A stretch of 63,707 nucleotides of DNA, counting the filler, from Octopus bimaculoides (Eukaryota): NCBI RefSeq assembly GCF_001194135.2. It is 6 parts of 5 records of this genome, joined end to end, with 100 filler letters (N's around TTAATTAATTAA, not from the genome) between each part and the next. Parts side by side here need not be neighbours in the genome. Positions count along the whole stretch, not along the records: positions 1 to 22,502 come from NC_068984.1; 5 more parts are not named here. One strand, given 5' to 3'. Numbering within the stretch: the stretch's first letter is position 1; each line of letters opens with the position of its first letter. Both the position numbers and the translations under genes were made by a program. Of this stretch, positions 1-9,640 are shown piece by piece. The notes beneath the pieces were generated by a model. That model worked only from the letters and a program-made list of their open reading frames with translations, was not told where the DNA came from and made no database searches.

Positions 1-183
1 TGTGTATATATATATATGTATGTATGTGTATATATATATGCATGTATGTGTATATATATATGTATGTATGTGTATATATATATGCATGTATGTGTATATA
101 TATATGCATGTATGTGTATATATATATGTATGTATGTGTATATATATATATATATGTATGTATGTGTATATATATATATATAT
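1..183. repeat. Compound (TA)/(TG)/(TATG) microsatellite
   Basis: Repeats of tgtgtatatatatatgcatgtatg-like units. It explains the low-complexity YI/CV ORFs. Confidence 0.95.
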
Positions 184-274
184 CTCAAGTTTACTATTGC
201 CGGAAGCAAAAGCATTTCAAATGAGAAATGAAATACCGTATGCTAATATCATAGATTTTGTAAAGCAAGCTCAC

Positions 275-370
275 TTGAATTGTAAGTTGAGAGAAATTCA
301 AGTTTTTTCATTGGGAAATGCATAAACTTCTCATCTTTATTCCCTCCTCCATAAACCTGATATTTCCTGC
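275..370 (-). CDS. Candidate internal exon of an unidentified gene ([31 protein letters not shown])
   Basis: Acceptor tgtctgtattttag|G, with an alternative acceptor ttttaggcag| 4 nt downstream. Donor TCAA|gtgagc. 96 nt, open in one frame, complex non-repetitive peptide. No homolog recognised. Confidence 0.4.
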
Positions 371-507
371 CTAAAATACAGACAATATGTACTTTACACA
401 TCACAAGTATATATGTATTACATGCATATTTACACACACACACACACATTGAGAGAGTATGCAACTACAGTAAGACAGTGTATATGATGTACATGTGTAC
501 TTATATT

Positions 508-1261
508 GGTTAACCTCCAGTGTTTGACCCAAGCAAAAGATTCTTTTTTAAATAGTGTAATAGGTGTAGAACAACATGTAGTAAACGAATATGGAAAAAA
601 ATGCATGCTGGAAAACGGGAAGGTTGGGAGACGACTCGGAAAATTCACATTGAGTGTATTCTGAGTCCTCTCATCATTTCCCCGTTCATCGGCGCAATTT
701 TGTTTTTTTTTCATATTCGTTTACTACACATTATTTTACACCTAGTACAAAAATGCGTGCTGGCGAACAAAGGTGGATGAGGACAGGACTCAGAAAATTC
801 ACACAATCAAACTCACAGAATCTGAAAACTCAACGTTAACACCCGGTCACAAAATTTGATAAAAAAAAATAGTGCACTAGGTGTAAAATAAAATGTAGTA
901 AACGAATATGAAGAAAAAATATTGCTCCGATGAATGAAGAAGTGGTGAGAGGACTCAGTGAATTTTCCGAGTCGTTTCCCCACCCCTCCCATTCGCCAGT
1001 GCACATTTTTTTTTTTCATATTTGTTTACTACATGTTGTTTTACACCTATTACACTATTTTTTCATTTTTGTGACCGGGTGTTAACGTTGAGTTTTCGGA
1101 TCCTGTTAGATTGTTTGTGTGAATTTTCCAAGTCCTCTCCCCTCCGTCCTGTTCACCAGCGTGCATTTTTTTTTTATATTCGTTTACTACATGTTGTTTT
1201 ACACCTATTACACTATATTTGTTTTCCGTTTTTTCCTCGGGTCAAACACTGGAGGTTAACC
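508..1261. mobile_element. Non-autonomous foldback/MITE DNA transposon, Merlin-like termini
   Basis: Perfect 23-bp terminal inverted repeat (TIR) GGTTAACCTCCAGTGTTTGACCC (508-530 / 1239-1261). Exact 8-bp TSD CTTATATT (500-507 / 1262-1269). The interior is built of inverted modules and has no ORF. Confidence 0.8.
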
Positions 1262-1489
1262 CTTATATTATGCATACATACATACATATATATACTTATA
1301 TATATATGTGTGTGTGTGTGTGTGTACATTATTTTATGTTGGAAAAAATGCGAAAAGAGTATTAAATACATGTGATTCTCTACTCATTCTAAAGTATTCA
1401 TAATTTGGTTTCTTATTGACACTGAAGATAAGAGTTTGTCTCATGACTCAATTTTATGTGCTACACAATATTTAGACAAAGGGTCTCAC

Positions 1490-1545
1490 CTGAAGATCAC
1501 ATCAGTTGCAAGACAAACACTCAGCTCCAGTTGCAATAAAGAAAA
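1490..1545 (-). CDS. Weak candidate exon (FSLLQLELSVCLATDVIF-R)
   Basis: Strong donor CAG|gtgaga. Open frame ends in phase 2, compatible with the 366-start variant of the 275-370 exon. The acceptor is poor (tatatag inside a microsatellite). Confidence 0.22.
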
Positions 1546-1841
1546 CTATATATATACATATATACATACATGCATACATACGTATATATATATATATATA
1601 TATATATGTGTGCCATAAATATCGCCATCCATTTTAGAGAAAAATTTGTAGTTTAGAATCAGTAGTTCTTTGACTGCTATTTCTAAATTTTCAGTATGTT
1701 GGAGAAGCAACTCAATGCTAATCCCTGTATATTTATGATGATAAATGGTTTTACCGATAAAGGTTTTTTCATACTGAACTACTTGGCAAAATTGTTAATT
1801 ATTAATTCTATTATTAATTGACGATTCCCTGCCCTTATTCT

Positions 1842-1891
<50 letters not shown>

Positions 1892-2079
1892 AAAAGGAGC
1901 TAACAACATTTAACGAAGAAACCATGTTAGACTATACATACATCGAAATATATATTTATTTTTAAAATATACAGAGGTGGAACAGTGATAATGATACAGG
2001 GAAATAGTTAACAGGATGAGGATGAATTACAATCTGGAAGTGGCAAATGACAGACAATATTAAGAGGTTAAGCTCGATT

Positions 2080-2770
2080 AACATGTACAGTGATAGTTAA
2101 TCAGTGGATCAAGAATTTCTCGACATGCCTCACTCATGTTTTCTATCCTCTCTGTCATCCATAGTATTTTTAACCCCTTGGATAGTGCATCCAGTGTCCT
2201 TTTGCAGTTGGTTGATGTAGTTTTTGCTGCTCTATCTCTTCTCCATTTACTGTGAGGATGTTCCAAATGAAGAATTCAGCTTCTATCTCCTCCTTGTTAC
2301 ATCAGCAGTGACCAATAAATCTCGGCTTGTGCTTTTGGATTGACTCTGTGATATATGGAATATCTTGGTATATACCTTTGTTACTCTTGTGTTGATGCTA
2401 TGAGCTATTTAGAAGAACAGGGAGCATTCTGGTGTATGTGCCATTCAGAGTTTTCTTTATGAAGACTGTTAAGTGTCCATGTTATCAAATCATGAACTGA
2501 AATTGATTCAATTGCAGCTCTAAAGAGGCCTATTTTAGTTTATCATGGAGGATAAAATTTCTATATTCATCCAATCAGTTAAACATTCTCCCTACTGAAC
2601 AAATCCTGATTTCAGATTTGGAGACATAACTTCCAAGATATTTGTAGTTCTCCACACTTTTGACTTCACCATTCAAAGAATGTAAGCTTTCAGTTCCATT
2701 TTGGTTGTAAGACTTATATTCTGTTTCAGCAGCATTGGATATTGTCCAGTTTCAATGGCATTTTTATCCA
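2080..2770 (-). mobile_element. Decayed 5'-truncated RTE-type LINE (post-RT C-terminal region)
   Basis: Manual translation gives VKSVENYKYLGSY, LFRAAIES, NGTYTRML and RFIGHC, with many stops and frameshifts. Confidence 0.7.
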
Positions 2771-3315
2771 GACCTGACAAATACAAATACTCCTATCATT
2801 CTGAAATGAACATAAGCATAATGTATACACTAGTTTAACAAGACAGACAAAAGAAAAAAAAATACTGAGCCCAATAAGAACTTGCCATTAACTAACTTCC
2901 ATCCAGTGGTGGTGTAACTATGTCAATAAATGTAAAGAAATGTAAAGAAAATTTTAACATCTCAAGAAATATATGGAATGTGAGTTTAATGATTTTTATG
3001 TGTTTTTAAATGACTAAAATGGTTTTCTCATGATGTCATTGCTTTGGTTTCAAAACACTGTCTTTGATAAAGTCTCTTGCATAACAACTATAACTACGAA
3101 GTACATTTATTTTGATGAAGTGTGTTATAGTTTGACATGTTTTCCTTTGTTAAGGTCTGTTAGCTCCTTTTGCATAATTATATAAAACTCAGAAATAAAG
3201 ATATTTTCTATCTCTGAGTTCTTTGCTGAAGTTATTATAATAATGTCACATCGCCATTGCATTTGCAAAATATATTATTTCATGGTGTATATCTGTGTGT
3301 GAGTTGCGTGTTGTA

Positions 3316-3346
<31 letters not shown>

Positions 3347-3563
3347 ACTCCTACATTCATATATACATACGATATTTCCCAGCATATAACACATTTATTC
3401 CAACAATCTTACCTGTCTATTATATAACAATAGACAGAACATTTATTTCTTTCCCTTTTTTTTTTTTGTTAGATTTCTTTTAGGTAATATGTAACCTTAA
3501 ATTTACATAAGTATTGATTTTCATCTGTTTTATTTTTCTCCTAAATATACCTTTCGAACTTAT

Positions 3564-3604
<41 letters not shown>

Positions 3605-3677
3605 GCGTGCGTGTGCATGTGCATGCATGTGCACACGTGTGNNNNNNNNNNTGCGTGTGCATGTGCATGCATGTGCA

Positions 3678-3716
<39 letters not shown>

Positions 3717-4994
3717 ATGTGTATGAGTGTGTCTATGATTTTTCACACTGGGAAAATATGGTGGCATATATAATACATGTTTAACATGTAAATTTATGAT
3801 GATTTCTCCTTCCATGAAATAACCAATTTAACTGATGATTTCTCTATTGTTTGATTCTCAAAAATATTTCATATTTGCTATCTGTGATTTCCTACTCACA
3901 CCAAAACATTAATAATTTAATATTATCAATGATAGTTGGTATTTTTTTGTTCTTTACCAACATCGTGTGTTTAGGTGGATGCATGCATGTGGTTTTTCGT
4001 ATGTGCATGTCATAGTTTATTCTTACTAAACTGTTAGAAATGTGTCACTTGTTCTATGTATGTTTGTAAGTGCGTGGGGGGGGATGACGTGAATGGGGAG
4101 AGGAGTAATTGCCTCTCTCTCCTGGGTGCAGTTATGAAGCAACATATAAATTTTCTCTGGACTGTCATATCTGTTAATTAATGAGGGGCTGCCATAAGTG
4201 TCATTGCTTTCTCAGGGCTGAGAACCTTTGTTATGTCATTCTGTTTGTGTGTGTGTGTGAACTGACTAGTTAATTCTTACTATGAGGACTTGGTCTGGCT
4301 AAATAGGAATGAGATTTAATACATAATCACGGGTCTCAATCCTACTGTATGACATCATCAGGCAAGTGTCTTTTGTTGTAGCTTTAAATCAACTCAAACC
4401 TTGTGAATAAATGAAAGTAGGACAAGGGCTAGGGCTTAGGGTCAGGCTTAGAAACTATGTAGACAGCTACATAAAAACCGTGCTGAAGGCTATCGGATAG
4501 TCTATACCTGTAATTCAATGATATGGCCTTGTCATACGTTGTGCCATGCTGGTTATGCATTGAGTGTACACATATCTCTGGAATACTCAGCCACTGACAT
4601 GCTAACTTAACAAGTAAATAATTCAGTTCATCAAATAACTGAAAACTCAAAACGGAAGAACATCTATTTACTTAACTGTTACTAAGAGCTGCAACTATAG
4701 TCTGTCCTCTGTGTGTGTATGCATGTCTATGAGGAATTGTATATTACTGTGTGTATATATTTATGTGAGTTTTTCTGTTATTGTGGTGTGAGTGTGTGTG
4801 TATGTGTGTGTGCGTGTTATGTGTGAGTATGTGTATGTGTGTGTTTTTGTGTATGTGTGTGAGGAGGTGCATTTGTTTTTTGTTTGTTTTCTGTTTGATC
4901 TTGTTGTTGGTTGTTTTTTTTTTTTTTTTAAATAAACTTCATTGTTGAAATATATGGAGCATTTTTGTTTCTTATTCATCATCATCATCTTCAT

Positions 4995-5060
4995 CATCAT
5001 CGTTTAACACCCATTCTCCATGCTGACATGGGTTGGATGGTTTGACATGGAACTGACTTG
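4995..5060 (-). mobile_element. RTE-type 3' tail fragment with (GAT)n end
   Basis: Reverse complement of ...ccaacccatg(ctagc)atggaaa...gttaaacgatgatgat, the tail also seen on the RTE copy ending at 27898. Confidence 0.6.
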
Positions 5061-5168
5061 CAGGAAGCTGTCCAGACTCCGATTGTGTGTGTGTATGTGT
5101 GTGTGTGTGTGTGCATGCGTGTGTAGGTATGACGTGAATGGGAAGAGGAGTAATTGCCCCCCCCCACT

Positions 5169-5207
<39 letters not shown>

Positions 5208-5879
5208 ATGTTTGTGTGTCAGTGTTTGTCACCCCCACCTCCACTATTGCTTGACAACTGATGTTAGTGTGTCTACATTCTCATAACTTAGTAGTTCGGC
5301 AAAAGAGACCAATAGCATAAGTACTAGGCTTACAAAGAATAAGTACTGGGATTGATTTGTTCGTCTGCTCCAGCATGGCTGCAGTCAAATGAATGAAACA
5401 AATAAAAGAGTAAAAGAATATACGTAGAAAAATATAAGATTTACACAGATATAAGTCAGAACTTGTGATCCACCTGCAAACCTTTTACTTTGGAAATTTT
5501 TGCCCACCACACTAAAAAGTTTCCCCACCCCTGCATTAGATAAGGGATTACGGCAGCAATTGGACAGAATCATTACCATACTTGGCAAAATACTGAGTGG
5601 CATCTTGTCTGTCTTTACATTCTGTATTCAAATGCTGCTGAGGTCAGCTTCATCTTTCATCTCTCATCCTTTTGGCATTGATGAAAACAATTACCAGTTA
5701 AGCATTGAGGTTGATGTAATCAACTTGCCTCTTAACTTAAAAATGCTTGCCTTGAGCCAAAATTTCAAACCAAAATATGATGTATGGGATTATGTGCCAC
5801 AAGGGAATGATATTGCAACATAGTAGATTAATGGTTGAAATCTGCATAAACCTTTCATCAGTACAGATGTGGATGTATG

Positions 5880-6485
5880 GTAAAAAAATTTATTTCCCAT
5901 TCACATGGTCTCTGGTTCAGTCCCATTGCATGGCACATTGGACAAGCATTTTGGACTAGGGCTGTGGGCCATCCAAAGCCTTGTTAGTGGACTCGGCGGG
6001 GAAAAACTGAAAGAAGCCTGCCGTTTGCGTATATATCATCAACATTACTTTATGTCCATTTTCTATGCTGGCATGGGATGGACGGTTTGACAGGAGCCAT
6101 CCAGGTAGAAGGCTACACTGTCTATTTTGTCATGGTTTACGTCAGGATGTCCTTCCTAACACCATAACACCAACCACCCCGTAGAGTGGACTGAGTGGTT
6201 TGTGTGTGTGTGTGTGTGTGCGCGTGCGCGCAGCCCTATAAGCTTTTGTGTTGTATTTATCCACCCCATACACACGCACACCATTAGACAATGAGGGTTG
6301 GTTTGTTGATGACCCCGTAACTTAAATGTTTGGTAAGAAAAAAGAGATGATAAAATAAGAACCAAACTAAAAAAAGGGGGGGGAGGAAATATTGGAGTCG
6401 ATTTGTTTGGCTAAAACCCTTGAAGGCGGTGCCCCAGCATGGCCACAATCCAATGGCTAAAATAAGTAAAAGATTTTATATCTAT
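5880..6485 (+). mobile_element. SINE family A copy split by a nested antisense RTE-tail element (about 6045-6195)
   Basis: Head ggttcagtccc...ggcacattggacaag...gaaagaagcctgccg at 5880-6030. Tail ccccgtaactta...ggcggtgccccagcatggcc at 6310-6485. Confidence 0.6.
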
Positions 6486-6835
6486 ATCTCGAGGTCAAGC
6501 TAAACAGTTCTGAAATTTATTCGGTGAGATGCTAGTAAATAAGGGGAACAACTTCATTCAAGGGACATAACTATTTCTAATCCTGCTTGCAAGATTCTTG
6601 TCAATGATTGTTTGATTGTCCAACGAGTTAATTTATATAAAATGCTGCCCCAATTAATTCAAACAAAAAAATTTCATTACTAAAAATAAAAAATAAAAGA
6701 ACTGCTTTTATTTATTTACCAACTCGTCACAAATTTTAGTGAAAAAAAAAAAACGAATAAAATGTTTAATATCATTTAGAAACTTCCAGTGACGTGATTT
6801 CGTCTTTTTTATTTTTTTTTATGGTTGAATCCGAA

Positions 6836-7195
6836 GTTGTTGGCACTCCGTCGCTTACGACGTCGAGGGTTCCAGTTGATCCTATCAACGGAACAGCCTG
6901 TTCGTGAAATTAACGTGCAAGTGGCTGAGCACTCCACAGACACGTGTACCCTTAAAGTAGTTCTCGGGGAGATTCAGCGTGACGCAGTGTGACAAGGCTG
7001 ACCCTTTGAATTACAGGCACAACAGAAACAGGAAGTAAGAGTGAGAGAAAGTTGTGATGAAATAGTCCAGCAGGGTTCGCCACCATCCCCTGCCGGAGCC
7101 TCGTGGAGCTTTAGGTGTTTTCACTCAATAAACACTCACCGCGATCCTATGACCGCGAGTCCGCTGCCCTAACCACTGGGCCATTGCGCCTCCAC
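6836..7195 (-). mobile_element. tRNA(Arg)-like-headed SINE (family C), CpG-rich
   Basis: Minus strand begins GTGGAGGCGCAATGGCCCAGTGGTTAGGGCAGCGGACTCGCGGTC (A box; TCG in the anticodon-like loop) and ends ...gacggagtgccaacaac. No intact B box in this copy. Confidence 0.8.
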
Positions 7196-8498
7196 GAACT
7201 TGAAGTAGATAGAAGTATAAATAATGGCATGTAGAATATTGGGTTTAAAATCCTTTGGGCAGAAAAAGTTAATGGTTGCTCATGAGACTCGGGTCCACGC
7301 AAAACGGTGAATTAGTAACGTTTGAATGAAACAGTCGGCACAATATATCTTGCATTTGTTCATGTTCCAGGGCGTGAGTTGCCAGAAGCATTAATCCATC
7401 GGATATAATGCTTTGCCTTTTAACTTTTCGGGTTCGATAAATTGAAGCACCAGGCAAGTACGGATGTAGGTATAATCTATTTTACAACTTCTATCACTAT
7501 TTTAGGAACGTCCGAAATTGGTGTGAGAAACGACGGACAGTTTTCTGAAAATGGAAACTTATTAACGAGTCATCCAAATCGCTTCCCCCTAGACTTTTTT
7601 ATTGACTACATTCTGCATCCAGTGAACAGCGAAAGCATCAAAGACTGCGTTATCCAATAAATAGAAGAATATGATAAAGAAATGTTGCCGCTATCGTCAA
7701 CAGGTCAAAGTGAATGTCATTCGATATAAGCTGGGTTGTATAACTGTTGGGAGGCTAATGCATGGGAGATAACTGCTAACTCTTCTCTATACTTGCTTAC
7801 TTCCCTTGAACTAATAATTGTTTGACTATAAGCACAAGACCTTCAATTTTGAGGAAAAGGGCGGAATCGATGATACCATCGAATTCAGTTTTTGATCAGT
7901 GCACTATTTCAGGGGTCAGCGAACAGGGATAAGTTACCCCAAGTGGAGTAAAAATGAAATTCTTGAGAGTAATGAGGACTTATTAGACATAAGTAAAATT
8001 ATATATAAAAAAAAAAAAAAAACGTGTTCCTTGTTTACGACAGAAATTTTTCTTCTGGCATGACTGCATCTGTCTAATATAATGGACGTGTAAATAGATT
8101 CATATAAACAGATTCAATGAAATAGATTCAATAAACCTTTTGAATTCAAAGAATCTATGATTTTCATCTTTTCAAATCAAGTGGGGAAATGTCAAGGTAA
8201 ATAAATATATTTTGGAGTAATTGGTTAAAGATGTTCTCCGGCCCCTGCTTTATTTTATCAACCCACAAAGGATAAAAAGTAAAATCGGACCTTGGCGGGA
8301 TTTGAATAATCTTTATTGCAGTATTTCNNNNNNNNNNNNNNNNNNNNNNNNNNNNNNNNNNNNNNNNNNNNNNNNNNNNNNNNNNNNNGACGGTGAAGCA
8401 AAGCCTATGTTTTGGCGGGACGAGTGTTAGTTCAAAACGAGGCATAAGTAAATAAACAAGTGAAAAACACAATAAAGTTTTTTAATTAAAACTTCTGT

Positions 8499-8548
<50 letters not shown>

Positions 8549-8702
8549 ACATATACACACACACACATACACACATGCACATACACACATAGACACACAC
8601 ATACTCACATACACATGCACACATACACGCACGCACATACACGCATACAAACACACCCATAGACACACATGCACACGCATACGCACACACACACATACAT
8701 AT

Positions 8703-9640
8703 ATATTATATACAAAAATAAGAGAAATGACCAGCAAAAGTGGACTCCTATATGCTAGAAATAGATGCCGAATCATCTAACCACGAAAAATATGTTCTCA
8801 GTAAAAAATTAGCGACACAACAGACTGTAAAAGAGCAAGACAAATGAAAAAATACTAAATAAAAAAAACGATTAACCTACGTACCATGGTTTCACCTGTT
8901 AAAATTTACATAAGTAAATATCTGCAGGATCATTCCTCTTATTTTTGTACGTAATATAATTTTAATCTTCGGATTTTTTTAATATGCTAGACCACTGGTT
9001 TTAATTGATTAATATCAATTTCTACCCTTAATAATAAATTTNNNNNNNNNNNNNNNNNNNNNNNNNNNNNNNNNNNNNNNNNNNNNNNNNNNNNNNNNNN
9101 NNNNNNNNNNNNNNNNNNNNNNNNNNNNNNNNNNNNNNNNNNNNNNNNNNNNNNNNNNNNNNNNNNNNNNNNNNNNNNNNNNNNNNNNNNNNNNNNNNNN
9201 NNNNNNNNNNNNNNNNNNNNNNNNNNNNNNNNNNNNNNNNNNNNNNNNNNNNNNNNNNNNNNNNNNNNNNNNNNNNNGAAATTATATTTTATAAATCGAC
9301 AGACTACGCTGATGACCCTGCAGATATTTACTTATGTAAATTTTAACAGGTGAAACCATGGTACGTAGGTTAATCGTTTTTTTTATTTAGTATTTTTTCA
9401 TTTGTCTTGCTCTTTTACAGTCTGTTGTGTCGCTAAATTTTTACTGAGAACATATTTTTCGTGGTTAGATGATTCGGCATCTATTTCTAGCATATAGGAG
9501 TCCACTTTTGCTGGTCATTCCTCTTATTTTTGTATGTAATATAATTTTAATCTATGGATTTTTTTTAATATGCTAGACCACTGGTTTTAATTGATTAATA
9601 TCAATTTCTACCCTTAATAATAAATTTTATATATTATATA
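8703..9640. mobile_element. Non-autonomous Penelope-LTR/retrozyme-like repeat with inverted plus tandem copies
   Basis: 8703-8928 is the reverse complement of about 9317-9542, and 8929-9041 is a direct copy of about 9515-9627. The copies differ by a few substitutions. The repeat contains a hammerhead, is flanked by microsatellites and has a 236-N gap inside. Confidence 0.55.
9304..9368 (+). ncRNA. Type I hammerhead ribozyme (minimal, palindromic helix III)
   Basis: Helix I CTACG(9304-08)/CGTAG(9364-68). CTGATGA box 9309-15. Helix II CCTG/CAGG with inner ATTTAC-TTAT-GTAAAT hairpin. GAAA 9352-55. Helix III palindrome ACCATGGT 9355-62. GUA cleavage triplet. One defect: C.U at positions 10.1/11.1. 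Confidence 0.72.

Noticed and set aside
2774-2800. 27-nt minus-strand micro-exon NDRSICICQ
   Set aside because: Good acceptor but weak donor (gtctgg), and it coincides with the RTE fragment boundary.
6836-7195. Functional tRNA-Arg gene
   Set aside because: The T arm/B box and 3' acceptor strand are missing, and it continues into a SINE body.
7269-7660. ORFs of 62 aa and 72 aa with protein-like composition
   Set aside because: They overlap a decayed SINE B head and core, have no recognisable motif and no consistent splice partners.
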